Assembly (NCBI RefSeq): GCF_001194135.2
Contig: NC_068998.1
Location: 33,573,102-33,637,101 of the forward strand
Source of the DNA: Octopus bimaculoides
Lineage: Eukaryota
Reading direction: 5' to 3'
Length of the DNA: 64,000 nt
The notes beneath the pieces were generated by a model that was given only the letters and a program-made list of their open reading frames with translations, had not been told where the DNA came from and did no database searches. Below, one piece after another: positions 38,589 through 49,534 of this stretch. The position numbers and the translations under genes were made by a program. Each line of letters starts with the position of its first letter. Within the stretch, counting starts at the first letter, position 1.

Positions 38589-41010
38589 CATAAGTTTGCC
38601 TAAGCAGAGCTAACAACAACGACAGCAACAACATGCATACACAGTAAAATAGCTACCATATTTATAAATACATAATAATTAGCATTGTTTACCTTAAAAA
38701 TATTAGATTTGCATATACTTTATTCATATTTTATGGTTTCTCATCAAAAGCATTGATCAAGATTTGATATATGTTGATGCATGTCAGATATTAGTACACG
38801 CAACTATTCTCTGTGAGTACTAAAGTGATGAGAAATTGTCTGTGAAGCAGGCAAGATACTGAGGAGATTAATAGCGTAGTTAAAATCATAGTGACATTTA
38901 TAAGTAAATTAAAAAGGAAGGAAATGCCAACACAGTGTGGCATTATTGATAATGTACTCATCTAGTAAGTGTTAGATACATTGCTTGTGTCCCATCAGGA
39001 GTTTGTTATAATTTTTTTTTTACCTCAGATTCATGTTTATAGAATTCTTTGTTAATATCATTTACATTCAAAATCTCAGCTGGTAATTTATAATGTATAT
39101 TTATTGTTCACTTTTCGACCACATAGTTTTAGGTTCTGTTCAGCTGTGTGAAAATCCATTGTTTTAGGTACAGTTTTTTTTATCTAAGAATGAATTATGT
39201 AATATGTCCCACCTTTTCTAACATTGGTAAAATGTGATTTGAGGAAGGTTTGGAAACCATTTTTTGTATGGCAAACAATCACATAAAGGCTTCTTCACTA
39301 GACTACTATAAATATATATTTATTGTTTGTGTAGATTAGACATAAAAGCAATTTGATACTACTGTTGTATTGTACACTGAAGAGTTTTCTATGTCAGACT
39401 TGCTGACCAAGAGTTATGAAGAGAAAGTTCTAGAAAGTGCGTTAAAATATTGTACTGAGAAATTCTTCTTGTTGTAGCTAAGATGCCATGAATTAAAATA
39501 CAATAAAATCTGTATCTTAATTCACTTTTCTCACGCAAAAAAGTTTGTATCTCTCTGATGTGATGATAACAAAATAGAATATTTTTCTGATGAATTATGT
39601 CTTATATATATATTTATTTTTCTCTTCTTTTGAATGCTTAATATTCCTTTTGAATATATTTTTTCTTGAATAATTAGTATTGGAAATGAATTCTGAAAAT
39701 AAATAGTCTAGTATTGTAAGAATCAAAGTGAATTCTTTCTTGAGTGAAAGAACACAAGTTTCAATAAAGGCTAGTGATATCATTGCTGCCAAAATAGGCG
39801 AAGATTGAAAGTTTTTCTCCATTTAATGAAGTGGGGTGATAGAAAAAATACTTTTCATCACAAATAGCAACTATATCAGAAAGATTGAAATGACACGTAA
39901 ATATAATGTTGGCTTTTCTTAGCCAAAGACAAAATTGTTGCTTATGATAATATACTGAGGCATCAAGAATAGCATAATAATTCTACAATTCTAAAAAGAT
40001 CTTTTTGTGTTTCTTTTTTTAACCACAAAACTTTCTCTTCTTTGATAAACTCTCAAAAGAATATTTGATAGTGAACACGGGTCAACTTTAACTGATATGC
40101 CACTTTGTTTGTAGGTTGCTTTATAGCCTTTCATTTGGATATATTCTAGAATAATCAAATATATTATCATGTACAAGACATAGAATAAAGCTTTTAGAAA
40201 AGAAATAGCTTAAATAGGTATAAATAGGCAATTAATTAATCTGCATCCCTTAGGTTATTAACAATCTATTAATTCTGTAGTAATTTGACAATCGATTAGC
40301 ATTTTCATGTATTTAGCTACAGCTCATTATCTTCTAACAATTCATTTTAAAATTGCTTACTAATGTAATGCTAATTGTTTCTTGAAATGAAAGAAGTTTC
40401 TAGTAGTGTAATTATCTATAGGAGTTCGTTTATAGTTGTAAATGTTATTATCAATGATAAGCTGTGTCAGACAAAATGCCTTGCAGTATTTGTTCCTGCT
40501 CTTTCTGTTCATTCTAAGTTCAAATACTACTGGTGTCATCTTTGCATTTCATCCTTTCAGGGTTGATAAATTGGTACTTCATAGATTATAATGTGCTTTC
40601 CATTAACAAATTCAAGACATTTAACACATGTAGCAGAACTGACAGTTTTCACAAAGTAATAGAACTGAGAGATTTAAGCTAATAACAATAATAACACATT
40701 ATTACTTCACAAATGACACTAATTAATCAATCTTGTAGTGTAATAATAAATAATAAATGAACAGAATAATATATTTACAATAAGAATTAACAGATTATCA
40801 AAATAATTCATTTAGCAATATTAGCAAACTATATGTCTTGACAGGTTGCCTGAAGGGACTAGTAACTTAGGTAGTTGCTCAGGTCGTCACATAATCGGGG
40901 GCACTAATCTTCAAAATAAAAGGGTAAAATAAAAATAGTAAATAAAGTAAATGACTTTGCTTTATATGTGATAAATTATAATATAACAGACACTTTATTC
41001 TTATGTCAAA

Positions 41011-41230
41011 CCCTTTAGCATTCAGATTATTCTGTCAAATGTAATGCTTATTTAATCAAATTGTTTTCAATTAATCATGCATTACTTTGTAGCTTTGAAA
41101 TTTTGATCATATGATTGTTTACTTTTAGAATGATATTATAGGGTAGGTTTGAAAAGCCAGATCTGGCCAATTCGAACATGAAGCAGGTACAATATTTGGA
41201 CCTGATATGGCCAGTTTAAATGCTAAATGG
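41011..41230. mobile_element. 220-bp MITE with piggyBac-like ends
   Basis: Termini CCCTTTAGCATT and AATGCTAAATGG (11/12 complementary). TTAA follows the right end; the left flank reads CAAA. Confidence 0.55.
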
Positions 41231-41614
41231 TTAAAATTTTACTCTGTGAAAAAGGGTGTCAAAATTTAGCTTGCTTGAGGTGTCTAGGGTGTGATACAAG
41301 TGAGTTGAAATACAAAACATTTTCTGAAAAATAAGAAGTCAGAGAAAACTAAACAAATAGTGAACTGCTTATCAAATATAGAGTTCATCTGCTGATACTA
41401 AAATAGTTTGTCCAATTATTCTCAGCTATTTTTTAGTTAACTTTCTCAAGTATACACTTTTTGGCCTACATTTTTGGCCAAGCTACGTGGCATATTTTGG
41501 TTTTATTTTCCCCAAGATTTAGGATAATCAAACAGATCCATCTTTGAACTTAAATTTTCATCAGTTGTGTGATACTGATGTATAAGATTATTATCTATAT
41601 ATTGGTTTCAAAGT

Positions 41615-41772
41615 TTGGCACAAGGCCAGCAGTTTTCAGGTATTTATTTTATCAATCCCAAAAGGATGAAGGGTAAAGTCAATCTAGGCAGAATTTGAAC
41701 TCAGGATGTAAAGATGAATGAAATGCTGCCAAGCATTTTGCCTGGTGTGCTAACAAGTCTGCCAGCTTGCTG
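41615..41772 (-). mobile_element. Degenerate SINE family B
   Basis: AAAGGATGAAGGGTAAAGTCAA..AATTTGAACTCAG..GCCAGCTTGCTG is the reverse of the family B core and head. Confidence 0.58.
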
Positions 41773-42232
41773 TCTTATCATAATATGTATGTTAATACAG
41801 TAATACATTCCTACCTACCTTCCACGTAACTCAAATGAAATAAGAAGTAAACAGTAGATAGTTATGTTAGGTGTAGTGGTGGATCTGTTGGCCATGACTG
41901 TAGGTTGAAAGTGATGAATGGAGAAAAATAGAGAAAGATAGAGAGGGAAACAAAGACAGACAGACAAGCAGGAAGATGGGGTTGGAGAGACAAAAGAGAG
42001 AGATAGAAATAGTGGAATCAATGAATACATAGAAAGAGAAAACAGGAGAAATAAAGATAGCGAAAATAAGACAGAGAATTCTAAGAGAGACTGAATTAAA
42101 GTAAGCCTCTAAGAGAAACAGAATGAAAGTAATATGGAGAGTTAAATATGAAAAGGTGTGGGAGGAAAGGAAAAATGTAAGGATGTAGTATCAGTTGGAA
42201 TATGACTGTCTTTGGTTTTCCTCTCATTCATT

Positions 42233-42328
42233 CTCTCTCTCCCTCCCTCTCGTTCCCTCTCTCCCTCCCTCTCGTTCTCTCTCTCCCTCCCTCTCGTTCT
42301 CTCTCTCCCTCCCTCTCGTTCTCTCTCT
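42233..42328. repeat. ~20-22 bp pyrimidine minisatellite (CTCCCTCCCTCTCGTTCTCTCT), about 4 copies
   Basis: Direct reading of tandem units. Confidence 0.85.
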
Positions 42329-42603
42329 GCATCTGTTTGGAGTGTTTAGAAGTGTAACAGCATATTAGACAACTGTTTCTAATTGGAGGGAGTAAGTCAA
42401 GGCCATTGAACCCAGGGAAGTCATATTTTGCTACAAAAATGCAAACAATACTACAATATTATGTGTGTGTGTGTGTAATATATAAAAAGTTTAAGTGAGG
42501 GTCAGTGTATGAACTAAAGATGCAGCCATGGCATGCATATTTATAAATATTACATGGTAATAGTTGCAATTATAATAATGTAATTATATATTTTAAATTA
42601 AGT

Positions 42604-42657
<54 letters not shown>

Positions 42658-44924
42658 CACACATATATATTGTTATTGATTTAATCTTTTAATCATTACT
42701 ACATACGAGGCACATTGGGCACTAAATTCATGGATTTGCTTGAATATTGACCTCAATAATTATTTTTAAGTGGCATAAACATAAACACATATTCACACAC
42801 ACACAAACAAATTTTACACACACATATAGCTATAAATACGCACACACCTGTAAATATACACACACCTATAAATATACACACATGATAGTTTTCCATACTG
42901 TTTCTGTCCACCAAATTTCATTTAAAGCACTATTTGAAGTTATAGTAGAAAACACTTGTCCAAAATAGTTTACAATAAGCTTCATCCTAGGATCACATAA
43001 TTATGAAGCAAATGTTTTTACCATACAGTCACACCTGGACCTATTCCTGATATGTTTTAAAATTCACAATTCAGTGTAGCATCTATTATATTTTCTTCAC
43101 TGGGATTGTGGATTCTAGTCAAGCCTTATGAACTTTTCTCATATGAATATAAAAATGAAATACAAAGTATTAGGATTTGTTAAAGCTTTAGTAACATAGT
43201 TATGCAGTAGCAGAATTATAATATAGTTTGACTATGTCTTTTATGTCATTCCACACTTAAGATTATTTACTGCTTGACATAGAGTGAAAAATAAGGTAGA
43301 GCTAGTGATAAGAACTATAGCTATCAGAGATATTGTCTCCTAAGACGGCACATACAATACTACTTATACAGAATTTTACATTATCAAAGGAATCAAATAT
43401 TTCAGGCAAGATATAATTTCAAAAGAAACCATATATTTCATGCTTCTCTATAAACTTCTGGCCAACTTAGATTTTTCAAATAAACATGGAATATCCATAG
43501 GTATTGTTAGTACTAGTTAAGCAGTGAAAAATATATCATGTCCTTTTGTTAGTGTTTTAGCTATTGTTATTCTATTTTTAACTGTGAAGGTATGTTGTTC
43601 TAAAGAGCAGCACTGAAAATATGTTTTACATTTTAAAGATTTTTTGAGTTTTCTTTCCGTAAAATAGGAAGATAGTTGCAACAGATTTACTAGCTGCATA
43701 TCAACTATCATACTGGTTCATGCTCTTTTGTTGAATCTCATAACTATAGAAGTTATGAATGGAAGAAATTGTTGGCACTGTGTCAACTATATCACTGCTC
43801 ATCATATCATAACTAAAAGTTTCTTGCACAGTATGTTTCCTTCATTAGAAGAAATGGCTAATAAAGATTATTTCTAATACAGCAGTTCAAACTTGCTTCC
43901 ATATCTAAGCTGTAGGCATAATGCTATTGTTTATAACATTATAGGTTTGATGCCATTCTATGAAGGAACTTTAGTAGCCTACTAGACATCACTTCATCAA
44001 CAATAGCAGCTTCACTACTCTGCCTGTCTTAAATCTTGTTTGATATTCTTCAAGAAAGTTTTATGCATATGTAAATACAAATTTGTCAGAGGATGTGCAG
44101 AGTTTATAAACTTCTGTGGTTATGAATATTTTAAAGGAGAAAATTTATCAATCAATATTTGCATATTTATACCAAAACTTGCCTTTATTTTTTCCTTCTG
44201 TATTTTATACTTCAAATATGGCTGAATGTTGAATATTAGTTATTAGCTGTAGAGTAGTCATTGTCAACTTTATAAAAGTGCTTAACTTAGAAGCAGAGCA
44301 TGAAGTATTGCAAAAAGAAAGAAGAAAGAAAAAATAAAAGGGATGGTTCTTTTGATGAATTGAAATTAACATCATTCACTGGGCAAAATATTGAAGTATA
44401 ATTGCTGTATATTAAATCTCTCTTATTGAATATGTGAAGTCCATAGAGAAAAGAAAATCTACTGAGGGTACCAAACAGAAAACTGAAGTATCAACAGTAA
44501 TGAATATATTTTGAATTTAATGGTTGCAGATGAGGTTAGTCACAGAAGTTATTAGTCTCCATCTGCTATTTAACTGGTGGCTTGTTAGCGGTTAATGTCA
44601 TTTAATTGCTTCTTAATGTGTGGTTGATGTTGTTCAACTGCTGATTATCAGGTGGATTATATTGTTATGTAACTACTGCTTAAGAACTGATTAAAGATAG
44701 AAAATACCTAGTTAGGTGGTGATTAAAAGAATGAAACTGGTAATTAAACAATATTTAAATAGCAATTAATCATTTTGATTCACAACTATATATTATTGAA
44801 GTCTCAAACCTAAATAGAGATATGACAACACTGAACAACATATTTAATTCTTAAGGATGACTGTTACTTAAAGACAGTTACATTTTCATTATAATATATA
44901 CATATATATATGTTCTTTTTCTTC

Positions 44925-45304
44925 TTTCATTCTTTTATTTATTTCAGTCATTTGATTGTAGCCTTGCTGGAGCACCTCTGTCAGTCAAACAAATCGACCC
45001 CAGCACTTATTCTTTGTAAGCCTAGTACTTATTCTATCGTTTTTTTTTGCTGACCCACTAAGTTATGGGGATGTAAACACACCAACACCTGCTGTCAAGC
45101 AATGGTGGGGGACAAACACAGATACACACATACATATATACGATGGGCTTCTTTCAGTTTCCGTCTATCAAATGCACTCAGAAGGATTTGGTTGACCCAA
45201 GGCTATAGTAGAAGGCACTTGCCCAAGGTGCCACACAGTGGGACTGAACCCAGAACCATGTGGTTGGGAAACAAGCTTCTTACCACACAGCCACTCCTGC
45301 ACCT
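44925..45304 (-). mobile_element. SINE family A, full length
   Basis: Collinear with 19283-19761. Confidence 0.87.
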
Positions 45305-45920
45305 ATATATATATNNNNNNNNNNNNNNNNNNNNNNNNNNNNNNNNNNNNNNNNNNNNNNNNNNNNNNNNNNNNNNNNNNNNNNNNNNNNNNNNNNNNNN
45401 NNNNNNNNNNNNNNNNNNNNNNNNNNNNNNNNNNNNNNNNNNNNNNNNNNNNNNNNNNNNNNNNNNNNNNNNNNNNNNNNNNNNNNNNNNNNNNNNNNNN
45501 NNNNNNNNNNNNNNNNNNNNNNNNNNNNNNNNNNNNNNNNNNNNNNNNNNNNNNNNNNNNNNNNNNNNNNNNNNNNNNNNNNNNNNNNNNNNNNNNNNNN
45601 NNNNNNNNNNNNNNNNNNNNNNNNNNNNNNNNNNNNNNNNNNNNNNNNNNNNNNNNNNNNNNNNNNNNNNNNNNNNNNNNNNNNNNNNNNNNNNNNNNNN
45701 NNNNNNNNNNNNNNNNNNNNNNNNNNNNNNNNNNNNNNNNNNNNNNNNNNNNNNNNNNNNNNNNNNNNNNNNNNNNNNNNNNNNNNNNNNNNNNNNNNNN
45801 NNNNNNNNNNNNNNNNNNNNNNNNNNNNNNNNNNNNNNNNNNNNNNNNNNNNNNNNNNNNNNNNNNNNNNNNNNNNNNNNNNNNNATATATATATATATG
45901 TATATATATATATATGTATA

Positions 45921-46120
45921 GTCGCATCTTGTCCCAACATTCAAAACGCAGAGTAGATAAAACAGGGGACAACTGATGAAAGGATTGTACTTTATGTTGC
46001 CTGTCTCATTTCTCCATTTGTTTCTTTCATTGTTTGAAAAAAGTTCGTTTTCCATGTGTTTGTTTTTATGTTCTTGTTTCTCTTTTTGTTCATGCTTTTT
46101 TGACGTCCTGTAACCATATA
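45921..46120 (+). mobile_element. Probable Penelope pLTR-like relic with hammerhead-like segments
   Basis: TTGTCCC (45929-45935) is complementary to GGGACAA (45966-45972), which directly precedes CTGATGA (45973-45979). T-rich downstream tract. Element class is inferred. Confidence 0.35.
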
Positions 46121-46129
46121 TGCATGTAC

Positions 46130-46252
46130 CTTTTCTCTCAAGGTACTTACACTCTGTTGAGTATGCACACTGACATTACACATCCATCAGAGCATACTGG
46201 CTTCATTTCCTACAAGCTTACGCATCTCCTCAGCAGTCACGGCCCATGTTTC
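46130..46252 (-). mobile_element. Internal fragment of the same RTE family as 47568-49133
   Basis: Reverse complement of about 48025-48147. I counted 13 mismatches in about 123 bp by hand. Confidence 0.85.
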
Positions 46253-46257
46253 ATATG

Positions 46258-46289
<32 letters not shown>

Positions 46290-46498
46290 AGATATGAAGA
46301 ATTTTCGTCAGGATAACTCAAACTAATAGGTATGCATTTGAGTGTGCTCAAATAGTTGCACCACCAAAATTCCAGTTAGAAGAGCAGTTGAAATTGTGGT
46401 TATGTGATTGCCTTGTACAAAATGGCTAGAAGTGGCTTCCCTTTGAGTCAGTAGGTATAGGTTAAAGTAGTAAGGAAAGGCAAACGATTAAGTAAGAT

Positions 46499-47302
46499 TT
46501 GACACTATCCCAACTACACCCTATGTCGGCATACCCTAAAAGCAAGAATACAACATCCCTCACAGCTGATAGTGATGCTCAACTCCCAACTAGAAACCAT
46601 AAAGAGTGTAAAATACAGCATATTCTGACACCTCTAACATATCTCTATAACACTCATGCAAAACACAACCCTACAAATAAAATCGAATCTCAAATACCAA
46701 TTCAACTAGAAAAAATGATTCAGCACCCCTCAGATTACCTATTAAAAGTGGTGAGAGAACAACACTTTGGTATACTCCCACTTCTCTTGAAATGTTATGG
46801 GCTTCCAACTTCCACTTCCCACTTCTCCCACTACCATAAATATCATTCTATCTTTATCAGATCTACTCTCATATTATCGTACTCCTCACTACCTAATACT
46901 GAATCCATCACAGACTCATCAACTAGACATAAGCTTCATAGGTATTACCAAAATAACAATTCTAAAGAGAATAGTGAATATAAATATAATGAATATAATA
47001 ATATTGATTATAATAGTAGGAGTAATAATAACATTAATATTAACCCTAATAGCAGAAGTGACAACAATAGCCTTAATACTACCATTAATGAGAACAATAT
47101 GGAAGACAGTCCTAATACTTTGGTTAACAGCTGTCCTAATGATAGTAACAATTACTCTGATAATATGACTAGTTGTAACATTAATAATATCGATAATAAG
47201 AGAATGCTAATGCTAATAATAATAATGATAACAACAATAATAATAATTTCTTTATTAACCAAAAGGGTTTACATTAAGAAAAACACTATGGACAGCACAT
47301 GA
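46499..47302 (+). CDS. 267-codon ORF of unknown nature with an Asn-rich C-terminal half, probably TE-derived
   Basis: Longest gap-free ORF in the window. No recognisable domain, no splice or expression evidence, and the ATG is not at the ORF-track start. Confidence 0.22.
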   Translation: MTLSQLHPMSAYPKSKNTTSLTADSDAQLPTRNHKECKIQHILTPLTYLYNTHAKHNPTNKIESQIPIQLEKMIQHPSDYLLKVVREQHFGILPLLLKCYGLPTSTSHFSHYHKYHSIFIRSTLILSYSSLPNTESITDSSTRHKLHRYYQNNNSKENSEYKYNEYNNIDYNSRSNNNININPNSRSDNNSLNTTINENNMEDSPNTLVNSCPNDSNNYSDNMTSCNINNIDNKRMLMLIIIMITTIIIISLLTKRVYIKKNTMDST

Positions 47303-47567
47303 CAAAACAAAGAATGTGTGTGTGTATGTGTGTGAGTGTGTGTTGTTGTAAGGGATTTTGTGTGTAATCAAGACTAACAAAATAAAAAAAAGAGAGAAAG
47401 AAAGAAAAAATCAACAACGTGTAATCTTCAATAGGGAGGAGATATTCAGGGGGCTGCTCATGGAAAAGCCCCATAAAAGCCTTGGGTACCCTAACTTTTG
47501 GGGCATTGCTCTTATTATTGATATTATTTATGTTACCACTAGTCATATATTTATATATATATATATA

Positions 47568-49133
47568 AAAGTCCTAATAAGTAGGAAGGTAGACAACACA
47601 CAAAACCTTTCAAGTCGATGGCCCTGCTCGATCTGTAGCAAAGGCGTAGGTAGAAACTCTATAAGATGTACCCAGTGCAAGCTATGGACACATAAGAGGT
47701 GCAGCAATATCAAAGGAAGGTTAACTAGGAAGTTAGTTTTTGTATGTAGCAGATGTTCAGGAGCTGTAAACACTGTAAATGTACAGAAAACAACTTCTGC
47801 CACATTCTAAGGAGAAAAACTAGACGTAGTTGATAGCTTCCGCTATCTAGGTGACCAAGTTAGTAGTGGGGGAGGGTGCGCTAAAAGTGTAGCTGCTAGA
47901 ATAAGAATAGCCTGGGCAAAGTTCAGAGAGTTCTTAACTCTGCTGGTGACAAAGGGCCTCTCGCTCAGAGTAAAAGTCAGACTGTATGACACATGTGTAC
48001 GAACAGCCATGCTACATGGCAGTGAAACATGGGCTGTGGCTGCTGAGGACATGCGTAGGCTTGCAAGGAATGAAGCCAGTATGCTCTGATGGATGTGTAA
48101 TGTCAGTGTGCATACTAGATAGAGTATTAGTACCTTGAGAAAAAAGTCGAACTTACGAAGCATCAGTTGTGGTGTGCAAGAGAGACGAGAATGGTCATGT
48201 AGCGAGAATGGATGAGGATAGCTGTGTGAAAAAGTTCAACACCCTAGCAGTTGAGGAAACCTGTGGAAGAGGTAGACCCAGGAAGACCNNNNNNNNNNAT
48301 TGGGGCAAGCAAAATCAAAATCGTGATGGCACCTGTGCCCAGCGTCGCATTTCTGACACTTGTGCCCATGGCCTGTGTAAGGACTTTCGAGTGAGATCGT
48401 TGCCAGTGCCCCTAGACTGGCTCTTGTGCGGGTGGCACATAAAATAGACCATTTTGAGCGTGGCTGTTGCCAGTACCACCTGACTGGCCTTCGTGCCGAT
48501 GGCACGTAAAAGCACCCACTACACTCTCTGAGTGGTTGGCGTTAGGAAGGGCATCCAGCTGTAGAAACTCTGCCAATTGGAAATTTGCTGTGTGTGAGAA
48601 CACTCGGCAAGCCAAGTGAGACCTAAATCTAAGGCCTTAGCCAGTCCACTTATGTGTACCTTCCTTCCTTCATTGGACACTAAACTCCACTTGCGAAGAC
48701 CTGCTGAGGCAAGTGAAATCGAAATTGAGTTAAATTTGACGACTGGCACCCATGTCAACATCGTCTCCTTCATTGGACACAAAACTCAGCTTGCGAAGAC
48801 TTATTGGGGCAAGCGAAAGCGAAATTGTGATGGCACCTGTGCCCAGCATCGCCTTTCTGGCACTTGTGCCCACGGCATGTGTAAGGACTTTCGAGCGAGA
48901 TCGTTGCCAGTACCACCTAACTGGCCTTCATGCCGGTGGCATGTAAAAGCACCCACTACACTCTCTGAGTGGTTGGTGTTAGGAAGGGCATCCAGCTGTA
49001 AAAATTCTGCCAAATCAGATTGGAGCCTGGTGTAGCCATCTGGTTTCACCAGTCCTCAGTCAAATCATCCAACCCATGCTAGCATGGAAAGCGGACGTTA
49101 AATGACGATGATGATGATGATGATGATGATGAT
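47568..49133 (+). mobile_element. RTE-clade LINE, 5'-truncated, with PHD finger, ORF2 end, 3' UTR and (GAT)n tail
   Basis: WPCSIC..CTQCKLWTHKRC..CSRC; VDSFRYLGD; RIRIAWAKFRE; AMLHGSETWAV; GHVARMDEDSCVKK; GRGRPRKT; WKFAVCENTRQAK* (48578-48619); tail GGACGTTAAATGACGATGAT. Confidence 0.92.
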
Positions 49134-49224
49134 ATTAATATATTAATATTAATATATATATAAACTTTATATATTAATAGTAATGGTAAGGCAACAAAAG
49201 AATGAAAGAGACCTCGATATTGTA

Positions 49225-49281
49225 AATAAAAGAATTTCAGATGTCGGGGCAGAAACCTACACCGGCATTTCTTCAGTTATC
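49225..49281 (-). ncRNA. Minimal hammerhead-like motif with an abnormal stem III
   Basis: GAUAA-CUGAAGA-A-AUGCCGG..CCGACAU-CU-GAAA-UUCUU-UUAUU. Stem II pairs 6/7 and stem I pairs 5 bp. Confidence 0.45.
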
Positions 49282-49488
49282 AAGGCAATTAGAATATGCT
49301 ATGAAAATGACCGTAAAACAAAGATTAATTACTATGTAAATGACCGTTATTAAGACAAAAGAGCTATTAGAATGACTATTAACCAAGGGAAAAAACAGAA
49401 GTGGAGGAAGTAAAAAGTAAAAGGTAAAGGAGTAAGAAAGCTCATAGCAATCGCATGTATGCGCATGTACATACATATACATGTGCGC

Positions 49489-49532
<44 letters not shown>

Positions 49533-49534
49533 AC

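Larger units (their letters stand above)
11128..48298. other. Ten assembly N-gaps (span of first to last)
   Basis: N runs at 11128-11355, 12649-12944, 13253-14153, 19519-19572, 23136-24115, 24911-25795, 33845-34358, 38083-38233, 45315-45885 and 48289-48298. Most are flanked by (TA)n, (CA)n or (TG)n. Confidence 0.99.

Noticed and set aside
39024-39079. 56-bp minus-strand exon candidate (EILNVNDINKEFYKHESE)
   Set aside because: The acceptor lacks a pyrimidine tract, and it lies downstream of the stop in the 39761-39870 candidate.
11046-46055. Long ORFs of 130-518 aa made of X, YI, TH or CV repeats
   Set aside because: They are translations of N-gaps and dinucleotide microsatellites.
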